A DNA stretch of 64,000 nucleotides, filler included, from an uncultured Methanosarcinales archaeon (GCA_964608065.1; 4 parts of 4 records of this genome joined end to end with filler, not necessarily neighbours in it), one strand, 5' to 3'. Positions 1-10,584 are shown, counted from the first letter of the whole stretch. The notes: a model not told the origin generated them from the letters alone. A program made the numbers and translations.

Positions 1-148
1 TTTTGAATTATTATTCATAACCTATAATGAATATATATTCATAACTACTATATAAATATATCGTTTTAAAAAATAAAAATTTAAAAAAATAATAATAATC
101 AAGAAGTCATAGAAATCCAAATTGGATTTCTAGGATACCGGAAATGCA

Positions 149-595
149 TCAAGCATTTCCCAGTATAATTTCAACAACTTTAATCTTAAAGTTCAGATTC
201 TTCCCAGCCAAAGGATGGTTCAGATCAATAATAATCTCTTTTTCATTAACTTCCGTTATTCTTGCTGGAACTTGTTTTCCATCAGGTGTTGCTAAACCTA
301 ATATCATTCCTGCTTTAGGTTCTTGTCCTGGTGGAAGTTTATCCATAGGAACTTTCTGGGTTAATTGAGGATTTGGCTGACCATAAGCTTCTTCTGGTTT
401 TAATTTTATATCTTTTTCTTCACCTTTCTCCATTCCAATAACAGCCCCATCAAAACCTTTTATCAATTGTCCTGCACCTACTTCAAACTCTAAAGGATGA
501 GAATGCTCTCCATGTTTAGAACTATCAAAAACAGTTCCATCATCTAATGTTCCAGTATACTCAACCTTAACATTATCTCCTTTCTTGATGCTCAT
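149..595 (-). CDS. slyD: FKBP-type peptidyl-prolyl cis-trans isomerase (SlyD-like)
   Basis: VKVEYTGTLDDGTVFDSS, GAGQLIKGF, PEEAYG and IDLNHPLAGKNLNF motifs. Confidence 0.93.
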   Translation of the reverse strand: MSIKKGDNVKVEYTGTLDDGTVFDSSKHGEHSHPLEFEVGAGQLIKGFDGAVIGMEKGEEKDIKLKPEEAYGQPNPQLTQKVPMDKLPPGQEPKAGMILGLATPDGKQVPARITEVNEKEIIIDLNHPLAGKNLNFKIKVVEIILGNA

Positions 596-734
596 ATTAT
601 CAACTCCATTTAATGTTGCAATTCATTAATATTATTTAAGACTTTTTATTATTGTTATTAACTCCTTATTGAGTACGAAATCATCGTCGATAAATGAAAA
701 AGTATATATACCCTAAAACAATCCCGTCATTGTT

Positions 735-799
735 CTACAAAAACAATAAGATGGGTGATTCTTAGGAATCACTGGTGATAGACTTCTTATTGTTGTAGA
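735..799. other. Intergenic long stem-loop
   Basis: tctacaa..acaataaga pairs with tcttattgt-tgtaga and encloses a gtgattc-ttag-gaatcac hairpin, between divergent genes. Confidence 0.5.
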
Positions 800-840
800 T
801 AAGTAAACTTTTTATAACCAGAAATCTTTCTAAATACTAT

Positions 841-1023
841 ATGAAGCAAACTAATCTTATAATCATAGGATTTATATCATTAGTTGTAGGAGTAATTATG
901 CTGTTGGTTGTTCCTTACAACATTCTAAAAAGTAAAATTCCAGGATTCATATTTTTAATACTAGGAACTTTTTTAATAATTGTAGAGATAGTTACTTACC
1001 ATAAGTCTATGTTAGAAAAATAA
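841..1023 (+). CDS. Small membrane protein (2 TM)
   Basis: 60-aa ORF with two hydrophobic segments; TATA-like element upstream. Confidence 0.6.
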   Translation: MKQTNLIIIGFISLVVGVIMLLVVPYNILKSKIPGFIFLILGTFLIIVEIVTYHKSMLEK

Positions 1024-1047
1024 AAAAATAAAAAAAAAAAATAAAAT

Positions 1048-1419
1048 TTATTGCGGATTCTGTGCAAGACTCAAAACATCCTTTAGTGCTACTACTATTG
1101 CAGCTGGAATGACAAATGCCATTATCTGTTCAAATATTCCAACCAAATAAGCTCCGATTCCAAAAGCTTCTAAACTTGCTAAAGAACCAGACCCTCCTGC
1201 AAAAGACACTATCACTAAGATTGTTGCAACCAATAGAAACTCTTTGGTTTCTTTACCAGTTACATTTAAGAATCCTACTACTAATCCTAACAATACTAAC
1301 AAAGAAGTTAGCCACATTGCTGCAGCCCCTAAGAATGTTGAAAACAATCCTAGAATTATTGCTAGTATTACTCCAACAATAAAGGAGTAATGACCTATTT
1401 TCTTCTCCATTAAAAACAC
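1048..1419 (-). CDS. Hypothetical 4-TM membrane protein
   Basis: Hydrophobic ORF with GLVVGFLNVT..E..EFL motif; probable start at MEKK. Confidence 0.75.
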   Translation of the reverse strand: MFLMEKKIGHYSFIVGVILAIILGLFSTFLGAAAMWLTSLLVLLGLVVGFLNVTGKETKEFLLVATILVIVSFAGGSGSLASLEAFGIGAYLVGIFEQIMAFVIPAAIVVALKDVLSLAQNPQ

Positions 1420-1559
1420 CTTTTTTTTTTTTTTTTTTTTTTGTTTATTTAAGGTCTGAAAACATCCAAACCTATTATAGTGTTTTCACTACTTGTCGTA
1501 TATAAACTTTTCGCAAACAAAGATTTTTAGGATACGAGTATCTTAAAGTGATAAACTAA

Positions 1560-2597
1560 CTAACAAACCTTATCCAAAACAGAATGAGCATCTAAACTTC
1601 CTTCATACTTATCTATATTCTCCCATTTCTTCCCAAACTTTGTCATAAACATAGTTCTTAAATAATTCTTTTCATCATTACTAACCCTAGCAAACTTGTC
1701 AGCACTTATCAAACCATAAGGATAACCTAAGAATATAGGATCTTTACTGTTCTCAACCAACAAACTCAGAACTTCATTTATATCATACTTAACCCTACCA
1801 CCCACATCTAACCTAAAGCAATACTTACTTCTATCATTTAACTTAACAAAATAAACACCTTCAACTAATTTATAGTACCATTTACCATTACCCAGACTAT
1901 TCAGCAAAGCATTTACTGAATTACCTTTTTTAGTTAACAAACTAGTAGTCTTACTCAACCCACAAACTACAACATTATTCTTCAAAGCATTCTCATACAA
2001 CTTATCAAAAAACTTATCCTCATTTGTAACACTAACCTCTAAATCACGATCCATAACCAAAACATCAGCTGAATCCAAAATATTGTTGCAAACCTCAAGC
2101 TCTAAAAATCTCCTAACAACATCTCCAACTTTAGAAATCTTTACCCTATTTTCTCCAGTTCTTAAACTTTTATCAAAACTGTCAAAACTTAGATCTAGTT
2201 TCAAATCATCACCAAAAAACTCAACCTTATACTTAATCCCATCTTCATCCACAGCTTTAACCAAAACAAACAGCTCATATCTTTTACTTTTTATTTTCCT
2301 GTTTTCCTTAAAAACATTATAATAAACCCTTACAAACTGCAGAGAAAAATTACTAGCCTTAATTATCTCAGCATTACCACCATCAACAAAACATATCTTC
2401 TTATCCTTTCCATTAATTTTTATTTTCCATGAAAATTTTCGATTTTCAGGACACAGAAAATCATCCGGATTTTCTAGTGCATTGAAATTTTCTTTATTGA
2501 TTTTAACAGATTTATCACCAACTTCTATAGAATCATCTCCACTAATCTCAACACTACTATTTATTCTATCAATTATTTTATCAATAATCTCTTTCAT
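1560..2597 (-). CDS. nurA: NurA-family DNA double-strand break repair nuclease
   Basis: ICFVDGG, VLVMDRDL, GLSKT and GYPYGLISADKFARVS motifs. Confidence 0.85.
   Translation of the reverse strand: MKEIIDKIIDRINSSVEISGDDSIEVGDKSVKINKENFNALENPDDFLCPENRKFSWKIKINGKDKKICFVDGGNAEIIKASNFSLQFVRVYYNVFKENRKIKSKRYELFVLVKAVDEDGIKYKVEFFGDDLKLDLSFDSFDKSLRTGENRVKISKVGDVVRRFLELEVCNNILDSADVLVMDRDLEVSVTNEDKFFDKLYENALKNNVVVCGLSKTTSLLTKKGNSVNALLNSLGNGKWYYKLVEGVYFVKLNDRSKYCFRLDVGGRVKYDINEVLSLLVENSKDPIFLGYPYGLISADKFARVSNDEKNYLRTMFMTKFGKKWENIDKYEGSLDAHSVLDKVC
2428..2482. repeat. Tandem-hairpin (REP/RPE-like) element inside nurA
   Basis: cat-gaaaatt/ttc/gattttc-aggacac-agaaaatc/atccg/gattttct-agtgcat; same layout as the intergenic copy at 22426-22476. 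Confidence 0.7.
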
Positions 2598-3079
2598 ATT
2601 GATTTCACAAATACTTTAAAAATACCAACCCCTGTTAAACTTACAATCAACACAACAACTCCAGCAATCAAAACACCAATTATTGCAGCTTTGATAAATT
2701 TCTTGAAACTCAAACCAATAAGATAAGAACCTAAAGCTCCAGAATAAACTCCTGAACCAGGTAAAGGTATTCCAATGAACACAGCAACCCCTAATTCTCC
2801 ATACTTATCAACATACTTTTTAATCTTTTTCTGAGTTTTACTAGTCCACCACTGCCAGCATTTATCTATAGCTTTAATCTTTAAAAAAATATGCATAACC
2901 TTATCCAAAAAGAAATATATTATAGGGGCCAATATTATATTAAACACAACACATATCAAAAAAACTAAACTCCAATGCAGATCAGTATTAAATATACCAT
3001 ACGGAATACTAGCTCTAAGCTCTAAGAAAGGCAGTAAAGTCAACCCAATTAATATCAATATTTCATTCATAATTTCCAC
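2594..3079 (-). CDS. COG2426 / small multi-drug export family membrane protein
   Basis: LPFLELRASIP and FIGIPLPGSGVYSG motifs. Confidence 0.85.
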   Translation of the reverse strand: MEIMNEILILIGLTLLPFLELRASIPYGIFNTDLHWSLVFLICVVFNIILAPIIYFFLDKVMHIFLKIKAIDKCWQWWTSKTQKKIKKYVDKYGELGVAVFIGIPLPGSGVYSGALGSYLIGLSFKKFIKAAIIGVLIAGVVVLIVSLTGVGIFKVFVKSI

Positions 3080-3768
3080 CTCTTCTTTACTTTTTCATAA
3101 TCTTCAAGTGTTCCTGTATCAAACCATGCTCCTTTATCTTTATAACCAAATAACTTACCTTCTTTAGCTAATAAAGGAAAAACATCTTTCTCCATCATTG
3201 CCATTTTCTTTCCTTTAACTATATCAAAAACATCTGGCTCTAAGATATAATAACCAGAGCTAATGAAATTAGATGGAGCTTCTTCTTTATTAGGCTTTTC
3301 AACAAACTCAATAATTTTATCATCTTCTAACCTAGCGACACCATAGGCACTTACATCTTCAACAGTTGTCAAACCTATAGTTGCTACTGCCTTATTCTTA
3401 CTATGTAATTTATACATCTTTTTGAAATCTACATTAAATAAGTTATCACCATTTATCATAATAAATGTTTCATTTATTTTATCCATTAAAATTAAAGGAC
3501 CAGCAGTTCCCATTGGCTTTTTCTCTTTAACATATTCAATTTTAACACCAAATTTATCTCCATCTCCAAAGTAATTCTTTATCTTATCTGCCATATAACA
3601 AACACTTAATACTATTTCATTTACTCCAAACTTCTTCAAAACATCTAGAACATGCTCAGTCAATGTCCTACCTTGAACAGGTACCAAAGCCTTAGGTATT
3701 TTGTGAGTCAATGGCCTTAGCCTTGTTCCCTCCCCGCCTGCTAATATTACACTTTTTCTTGGAAACAT
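3067..3768 (-). CDS. Sugar-phosphate nucleotidyltransferase (NTP_transferase family)
   Basis: ILAGGEGTRLRPLT..IPKALVPV, GTAG, NGD, FVEKP and WFDTGT motifs. Confidence 0.92.
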   Translation of the reverse strand: MFPRKSVILAGGEGTRLRPLTHKIPKALVPVQGRTLTEHVLDVLKKFGVNEIVLSVCYMADKIKNYFGDGDKFGVKIEYVKEKKPMGTAGPLILMDKINETFIMINGDNLFNVDFKKMYKLHSKNKAVATIGLTTVEDVSAYGVARLEDDKIIEFVEKPNKEEAPSNFISSGYYILEPDVFDIVKGKKMAMMEKDVFPLLAKEGKLFGYKDKGAWFDTGTLEDYEKVKKRWKL

Positions 3769-3819
3769 ATTATTTAGTTTACACTAATCCTTTATATACT
3801 TTTGTCTTAAAAACATCAA

Positions 3820-3917
3820 TAAATATCTGCGGACTAAAGTCCGTAGTATTTGAGAAAATTGTCAGGAGATATATAATTCATCTGCAAGCTAAAACATGCA
3901 GTATTCTGACAATTTTT
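3820..3917. repeat. Palindromic intergenic element, IS200/IS605-end-like hairpins
   Basis: ctgcggac-taaa-gtccgtag hairpin followed by aaaattgtcag...ctgacaatttt enclosing ctgca...tgcag. Confidence 0.5.
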
Positions 3918-3955
3918 GATAAACTATATAAACCAGTTAGAACTTTCCAATAAAG

Positions 3956-4555
3956 ATGAAATATAGGATTGTAAAATTAATTCACCCTCACAAAACAAAT
4001 AGTAATCTAATAAACATTTCTATATCAAAAATACCTTTTACAAAAAAGGATATGAATATATATGAGACGGTTGATAAATTAAAGAAAAAACAAAAAACAA
4101 TCAATAAAAAAGTTACAAACAAAATTAAATTAATAAAAATAATTAATCTTCATAACAGTACAGGAATTAAAGATAATTCTCAAATAAAATTTATGATTAA
4201 ACAAATAAACTCTGGAAAAGATATTTTATCTCCTAAGGGTTTGCCTAATATAAAATTAGTTAAACAAAAAAAAAAAGAATGGATATTATTTGATGGGCAT
4301 CACTCTCTGCTTGCTTATATGGTTGCAGGAAGAAAATACTTGAATGAAGTGCCACATATAATTGTTGAAAATAAAGATAGATATGTAACTGATAAAGAAA
4401 TTATCGTTTTCTTTGGCAAACATCAGAAAAAGTTAAAAAATTCAAATTGGAGAAAATATGTAATAAACTGGCAAGCATCAGAAGAAAAACAACTTTGTAA
4501 ACGTATTCAAAAAAATATGGGTGAGCTTTTAAAATCAATTATGGCATATCTGTAA
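3956..4555 (+). CDS. Hypothetical protein with ParB/Sulfiredoxin-like motif
   Basis: PNIKLV...WILFDGHHSLLAY resembles the ParB/Srx DGxHR motif. Confidence 0.6.
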   Translation: MKYRIVKLIHPHKTNSNLINISISKIPFTKKDMNIYETVDKLKKKQKTINKKVTNKIKLIKIINLHNSTGIKDNSQIKFMIKQINSGKDILSPKGLPNIKLVKQKKKEWILFDGHHSLLAYMVAGRKYLNEVPHIIVENKDRYVTDKEIIVFFGKHQKKLKNSNWRKYVINWQASEEKQLCKRIQKNMGELLKSIMAYL

Positions 4556-5393
4556 CTAAACCTCTTCCAACAAAACATTTTATTTTCCTAATTCCAAATA
4601 ATGCAAATGCTGTTGCTCTGTGATTTCCATCTTCTATATCATAAGGAGTTATTTTATAGCCCAAACCCAATTTTTTTCTAGTTATCCTATCAGCATTTAC
4701 TCGCCTGGTATTTGGCCCTTTTGCTGTAACAATAATTGGATAAAATCTAAAAATCAGATCTGCGTGCTTTTCTTCTAGGATAAATCTTGACAATGACTTA
4801 TATGGGAGAATATGCTTTATCGGCCATGTGAATTTATGAGTATTTTTTATCAAGTCAATTATTTTCTCCTTAGTATCCAATAGGTTGCCACATGTAGTGA
4901 ATTGATCTATTCCTCCAAGAGAAGGCCAAACTCCCAAATCCTTTACATTAATTGTTTCTATACTCCATTTACATGCATTAAATCTTTTTAGCCTATTATT
5001 GTCCACTATTAAACTATCTAATTTTTTAATAGAATACTTAGAGACTTTTTTATACTCTTTCATATAACTCTTAATGAGCAGCTCTCTTTTTAGTTTAAAT
5101 TTTTTAATTGAATCAAGAGTATCTTCAAATTTATTAGCTAATATAAATGCCTTTTTCAGTGAGATGATTATAGGTTCTTTTCTATTATAAATTAGTCGAG
5201 AATTCTCAATTTTTCTTAATAATATGTTATGGTCCCTTGTTTTTGTTTTTACATAAATATTAGACAAGATATCCTTAAGGTTAAGGGACCTGTCAAACAT
5301 GAGATCTGAATTCATTTTTAATTCTAATAATTGTTTTAATGTCATCTTTAAATGAAAATTTATCTTTATTTCTTTATAAATGTGGTGGTTCAA
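4539..5393 (-). CDS. Hypothetical protein with C-terminal ParB/Sulfiredoxin-like motif
   Basis: YPIIVT...YDIEDGNHRATAFALFGIRKIKCFVG. Confidence 0.65.
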   Translation of the reverse strand: MNHHIYKEIKINFHLKMTLKQLLELKMNSDLMFDRSLNLKDILSNIYVKTKTRDHNILLRKIENSRLIYNRKEPIIISLKKAFILANKFEDTLDSIKKFKLKRELLIKSYMKEYKKVSKYSIKKLDSLIVDNNRLKRFNACKWSIETINVKDLGVWPSLGGIDQFTTCGNLLDTKEKIIDLIKNTHKFTWPIKHILPYKSLSRFILEEKHADLIFRFYPIIVTAKGPNTRRVNADRITRKKLGLGYKITPYDIEDGNHRATAFALFGIRKIKCFVGRGLVTDMP

Positions 5394-5449
5394 TTAATAA
5401 TGATAAAATAAATTTTTAAAGTTTTGGATTATAATATCACCTAATAATT

Positions 5450-7654
5450 TTATTGTTTTTTTCCTAAACTCAGTCTTGCAAGTAAATATGATATTGTTGA
5501 CTCAGCGCCTTGATTTAGATTTATTGAAAACTCACCTATTCCATCATGACATCCTCCAGTGGATTCATCATAAATAGTCTGATTCAAAGAATTTTTTCCC
5601 AAGAACCAATGAAATGCTCTAATTCCGTCCTCCATGTACTTATCTTCTTTTGTTATTTTATTAGCTAATACAAGCGTATGGACCATTGATGCAGTATCCA
5701 CTGGCTGTTGATCAAAATGAGCTTTTTTACCATCCCTAAAATACCACCCATCATGTCCAATAGGAGCATATATTCCTTTTTCAAAAGTAATTGAGATCAA
5801 AAAATCCAAGGTTGATTTTGCAATCTTTAAATATTCTTTATCATGTGTAGCAAGATAGGCATAAAAAAGAGCTTCAGGCAATTTACTATTGGAATAAGTA
5901 AGGTATTCTTCAAACCATTGCCACTTATCAGAGGAATTATCCTTATACAATGAGACTAAATGATTAGTTAATTTCCTAATTTTAGAAATATTTTCAGATA
6001 AGGGTTTTGACTTATTGTAAAAATATAATCCAATAATTATGAATGCAACTGCTCTGGGAGATTTAATGTTTCTAAATACATCTAACGCTTTACAAAATAT
6101 CTCCTCTGCTTTATTCTTCAAATCCACTGGAATTGGTTCTATAGATATTAAATAACCAAGAGCCCATAATGCTCTTCCATGAGCATCGTCACTCCATTGG
6201 CTCAAGTCTATTTTCTTATTATGGTCAACAACATTATACAATCTTCCATCCTTCTGCTGAACATACTCAATAAATTTTAGATATGTATTTATCATCCTTA
6301 GCTTAGAATTATCATTGAAAACATTATAATACCTACTCAAAGCTATCATAGCTCTTGCATTGTCATCAAGTGTATATCCAGAATATTTATCTGGTTGAGT
6401 ATGATTTACAAATTGAATAATTCCAAATTTATCTGTAAGTTTCATAAGGTGATTTAGCTTCAATTTTGGAAATGCTGTTTCATGCTTCTCAGATAATCTA
6501 ATATGCTTACTGAACACTTCTATATAAGATAATGCAACGTTAGGCCAAGTCATATGTCTCGTATATGAATATGCGTTCTTTTCCATACTCTCTTTTAAGC
6601 CTGGACTAGATAATATCTTTATTATTGCATTTGCAAATGACTCAGGATTTCTAAACTCTACTAGTAACCCCCTTTCATGATTTACTATATCCTTAGCATG
6701 CAAAAAAGGTGTTGATATAACTGCTCTGCCAGCACCCATTGCATAACCTAATGTCCCACTTGTAATTTGGTTTGGATTATTGTTAGCACATATATAGATA
6801 TCAGTTGCTTGCAGATATTTTACTATTTCGCTTAATTTAATATATTTATTATAGAATTTTACATTTTTTTTGAGATTTAATTCTTTTACCTTTTTTTCAA
6901 GAAAATTTCTGTATTGCTCTCCTTCCTTTTTTCTAACCACAGGGTGTGTTTCACCTACTATCAAATACAAAATATCAGGATATTTCTCAATAACTTTTGG
7001 TAGAGCATCAATCACATATTCATAACCCTTCCCCTTATTCATCATTCCGAATGATAATAAAACAGTTCTGTTTTTATAGCCCAAATCATTTTTTGTTTTT
7101 AAACTAGATTCAAATTGAACACTTGGTATTCCATGCGGAATAATCTCAATATCAGTCTTTATTTCATAATCATTCCTAAGAATATCTACGCCTTTTTTTG
7201 TCATTACAATAAAATATACTGATTTTTCTGCCAATGACTGAACAACCCTTTTCAATTTATCATTAGGATTCGGCAAAACTGTATGAAATGTGATTATTAC
7301 TGGTTTATTTATAATCTCAAGAAATGCTATTAAATAACTACCATATTCTCCTCCAAAAATACCAAATTCGTGCTGAATATTAACGAGTTTAATTTTATCT
7401 ATTTCATTAATCTTTTTCGCTACTTCTATATATCCATTAATATCACCTTCATCTATTTGGAATATAACATCTTCAGGATAATTATATATATTAGCTATAT
7501 CGTCATTCATTGCAATAATCTTTGACTTTATCGAAGGATAATATTTTCTATCCATTGCTGTAACCAAATCTTTAGTAAAAGTTGCTATACCGCACTCTCT
7601 TGGAGGGAATGTCCCCATATACACTATCCATGATGATTTTTCTTTGCTCTTCAT
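5450..7654 (-). CDS. GT4 glycosyltransferase fused to a C-terminal (alpha/alpha)6 glycosidase-like domain
   Basis: TFPPRECGIATFT, IQHEFGIFGG, KGYEY, QITSGTL; C-terminal GYTLDDNARA, FDQQPVD, NLNQGAESTI. Confidence 0.88.
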   Translation of the reverse strand: MKSKEKSSWIVYMGTFPPRECGIATFTKDLVTAMDRKYYPSIKSKIIAMNDDIANIYNYPEDVIFQIDEGDINGYIEVAKKINEIDKIKLVNIQHEFGIFGGEYGSYLIAFLEIINKPVIITFHTVLPNPNDKLKRVVQSLAEKSVYFIVMTKKGVDILRNDYEIKTDIEIIPHGIPSVQFESSLKTKNDLGYKNRTVLLSFGMMNKGKGYEYVIDALPKVIEKYPDILYLIVGETHPVVRKKEGEQYRNFLEKKVKELNLKKNVKFYNKYIKLSEIVKYLQATDIYICANNNPNQITSGTLGYAMGAGRAVISTPFLHAKDIVNHERGLLVEFRNPESFANAIIKILSSPGLKESMEKNAYSYTRHMTWPNVALSYIEVFSKHIRLSEKHETAFPKLKLNHLMKLTDKFGIIQFVNHTQPDKYSGYTLDDNARAMIALSRYYNVFNDNSKLRMINTYLKFIEYVQQKDGRLYNVVDHNKKIDLSQWSDDAHGRALWALGYLISIEPIPVDLKNKAEEIFCKALDVFRNIKSPRAVAFIIIGLYFYNKSKPLSENISKIRKLTNHLVSLYKDNSSDKWQWFEEYLTYSNSKLPEALFYAYLATHDKEYLKIAKSTLDFLISITFEKGIYAPIGHDGWYFRDGKKAHFDQQPVDTASMVHTLVLANKITKEDKYMEDGIRAFHWFLGKNSLNQTIYDESTGGCHDGIGEFSINLNQGAESTISYLLARLSLGKKQ

Positions 7655-7734
7655 TATATTGATTAGAAAAAAAGAGATATATTATAAATTTATCTATTGA
7701 AAATCATTTTTTTTTCTTTCTTTCTTTGCCCCAT

Positions 7735-8754
7735 CTAAACCTTAGGTTCTCTATAAGGATTTCCTACCTTTGCTATCTTTTTAGGCTTATCAATATCTAA
7801 ACCCATTTTCTTAGCAGTCTTTAGTAATAAACCCCACCCACCAGCCAAAAGACAATAATTCTCAAAATAAGGTGTGGATTTAATTTTAGTTCCATCTATA
7901 ATTTTATATTTATCTATGCCAAATAATTTGCAATTAGTTCTTTCAGAAAATCTTTTGAAATCATCAATAAATTTCTTGAATTTACTTGGCTCAAACAGTA
8001 TTAGGGGATTAGATTCAATAGACTCCTCTATCCCATGTGCTATATGCGTATCAGGAAAAAAAAAAGCACTCTTTCTTGTAATTTCATGAGCCTTCAAAGT
8101 GATTTCCTGTGCAACCCCTGTTGTTCTTCCAACAAAATAAAACATAGAAGCATCTGCCAGAGAATTTAGCATCCTACTTGGAACATTTACATTAATATTC
8201 CGCAGAATATTCTTAGAAGCATCCAAAAGAAATCTCTCTATCTTCTTAAAATCTATTCTTATGCCCTGGTTTCTAGCAATATTTAATATTAAAGAATCAA
8301 GTATTAGCCCTTGTTCAATAACACTCTTAGTAGCGGCAACACCTTTTTCAAAACCACATTGCATAATTATTTTATCCTTACACCTTTTCGCCAAAATTGA
8401 ATCTGGTACTGCTGTTACGGCTATATATTTTACTTTTTTTTTTTTTAAATAGTCTTGTAACAGAATTGTCTCTTTTGTCATACCTGAATTGCTGCATAAA
8501 AAAACATAACTATCAGAAAAATCATTAATATTCAACAAATCAGAAGCAAAATAAACCTCAACCCTATTTTTAATATTAAGCTCAAAAGCCCTGCTTTTAG
8601 CGTTATTGGCAGGAAACAAAACACTACTGCCCATACCTGTAAAAATTATTCTCTCTCTTTTTTTTATCTTTTTTGCTAATCCCTTTGTTAACTCTAAATT
8701 AAAGTTTTTAATAACATCTACACTTTCTATCATCTCTTTTTCTGTTTGAAACAT
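7735..8754 (-). CDS. SIS-domain sugar-phosphate isomerase (GlmS C-terminal-like)
   Basis: FTGMGSS, SNSGMTKET, EKGVAATKS, EITLKAHE and PKKIAKV motifs; no glutaminase domain. Confidence 0.85.
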   Translation of the reverse strand: MFQTEKEMIESVDVIKNFNLELTKGLAKKIKKRERIIFTGMGSSVLFPANNAKSRAFELNIKNRVEVYFASDLLNINDFSDSYVFLCSNSGMTKETILLQDYLKKKKVKYIAVTAVPDSILAKRCKDKIIMQCGFEKGVAATKSVIEQGLILDSLILNIARNQGIRIDFKKIERFLLDASKNILRNINVNVPSRMLNSLADASMFYFVGRTTGVAQEITLKAHEITRKSAFFFPDTHIAHGIEESIESNPLILFEPSKFKKFIDDFKRFSERTNCKLFGIDKYKIIDGTKIKSTPYFENYCLLAGGWGLLLKTAKKMGLDIDKPKKIAKVGNPYREPKV

Positions 8755-8872
8755 TTTTTATTATTATTATCCTTCTTAATTAAAAAGCTATCATTTAAAA
8801 TATATAAAACTTTATGTTTTCGAACCATATTTCATAGAAAGATTTATTTATCATCAAAATTTCTCATTAGCA

Positions 8873-9448
8873 ATGAAAAAGAAAGTATTAGTAATAGTAG
8901 CACACCCTGATGATGAAACAATTTGGATGGGTGGAACACTTCTAAGCAATTGTAATAATTGGGATATTACTATCATAAGTTTGTGTAGAAAAAATGACAA
9001 GGACAGAGCTCCTAAATTCAAAAAAGTTTGCAAACTATTGAAAGCAAAATGTTTTATGTCAGATTTAGAAGATGAACAACTAAATGACATCTCAACAGAA
9101 GAAGTTATTAACCACATTAAAAAATACGCTAATAAAAATTATGATATTATTTTTACTCACGGAAAAAATGGAGAGTATGGCCATAAAAGACACATTGATA
9201 TACACAAAGCTGTTATTAAAATGTTAAAGAAAAAAGAAATCTCAGCAGATTCTTCTTCTTTTTTTTTTTCATACAAAAGAAAGAAAGAAAACTATTATGC
9301 AAACCCAAAATCAGATAGATTTATAATGTTAAACAATAATTACTTTAAAAAAAAAAAGAAAATCATTGAAGATGTCTATGGATTTAATAAGAAATCCTTT
9401 GAATATCTTTGTTGCACAGACAAGGAGGCATTTAAATTAAAAAAATGA
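8873..9448 (+). CDS. PIG-L/LmbE-family deacetylase
   Basis: VAHPDDETIW and THGKNGEYGHKRH motifs. Confidence 0.88.
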   Translation: MKKKVLVIVAHPDDETIWMGGTLLSNCNNWDITIISLCRKNDKDRAPKFKKVCKLLKAKCFMSDLEDEQLNDISTEEVINHIKKYANKNYDIIFTHGKNGEYGHKRHIDIHKAVIKMLKKKEISADSSSFFFSYKRKKENYYANPKSDRFIMLNNNYFKKKKKIIEDVYGFNKKSFEYLCCTDKEAFKLKK

Positions 9449-10584
9449 GATTTTTGGTACTTTACTCCCATCCATTCGAATTTGATGGGCAAAGCTTACA
9501 AGGACATTTACTATATAGGGGAATCTTAAATTCAGGTAATGAAGCAACCCCATGCCACTTTAAGTCAAGTATTCAAAAAACTTTTTTTCTAAAACACCTC
9601 AAATTAGATGTTGCTTTGGGTGCAGGATTCTGGGGAAACGTTCCAGAAATAATTAGAGAACCACTAAAATACGGTGTTAAACCAGTTCCTTGGTTCAATG
9701 CAGATGGCTGGGTAGCAAACTACCAAGATGACTTTAACAAACTTGAGCTAATGTTCACAACAAGCGAGTGGGTAAGACAAATCTATAAAAGGGACGGCAC
9801 AGATATAGGCAAAATAATCCCAATGCACATAGGTATAGACACAGACATGTTTAGACCAATAAATAATCCAGAATATAACAAATCTATAAGAAATGTTTTT
9901 GGAGTAAAAGACAATGAAAAAATGATTCTTACAGTTGGAGGAGATGTAACATCAAAAGGAGCGCAAGAAATGATGAAAGCTCTGGCACAAGTTGATAAGG
10001 AATTTAAAGATTGGAAATATGTTTGTAAATCATGGCCAAGTGAATGTTCACAAAATTGGAGAGAACAAGAACTTGAATTAGCAGAAAGCTTAGGCATAAG
10101 AGATAAAGTTGTTTTTGTAGATGATGAATTTAGTCAAGAGTTTATGGTTCATCTTTTAAATGCTGCAGACATTTATGCTGCACCATCAAGATTAGAGGGC
10201 TATGGGATGGTACAAGTTGAGGCAATGTCCTGTGGCAAACCAGTTATATCGATAAACAAGATGGGCCCATCAGAAACTATAATCCATAATAAGACAGGAT
10301 TTCTTGCTAAAGTTTCTAAAGAAATTCAGCTAAATAACGAATGGGTTTATCCTTCTATGGGTTTTAATAAAAAAGAAAGTATAAAATTTGATGCTCCAAA
10401 AACATTTGCATACAGAGCAGATATTAATGATTTAAGAAAATACACTCTAAAACTTTTAACAGATGAAAGTCTAAGAGAAAAAATAGGAAAACAAGCAAGA
10501 CAACATGTAGTAACTAATCTTGATTATAACTATATCGCAAAAAAAATGGTAAACATAATAAAAGAAAAATTAAATTTAGATTAA
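9445..10584 (+). CDS. GT4 glycosyltransferase
   Basis: GIDTDMF and PSRLEGYGMVQVEAMSCGKPVI motifs; ATGA overlap with the deacetylase gene. Confidence 0.9.
   Translation: MRFLVLYSHPFEFDGQSLQGHLLYRGILNSGNEATPCHFKSSIQKTFFLKHLKLDVALGAGFWGNVPEIIREPLKYGVKPVPWFNADGWVANYQDDFNKLELMFTTSEWVRQIYKRDGTDIGKIIPMHIGIDTDMFRPINNPEYNKSIRNVFGVKDNEKMILTVGGDVTSKGAQEMMKALAQVDKEFKDWKYVCKSWPSECSQNWREQELELAESLGIRDKVVFVDDEFSQEFMVHLLNAADIYAAPSRLEGYGMVQVEAMSCGKPVISINKMGPSETIIHNKTGFLAKVSKEIQLNNEWVYPSMGFNKKESIKFDAPKTFAYRADINDLRKYTLKLLTDESLREKIGKQARQHVVTNLDYNYIAKKMVNIIKEKLNLD

Noticed and set aside
1421..1442. Long homopolymer runs (also about 39802-39821, 40090-40106, 54768-54784) as phase-variation tracts
   Set aside because: Mostly intergenic or terminator-like, and long A/T runs are pervasive here. 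They may be sequencing-inflated, and none is seen to frameshift a gene.
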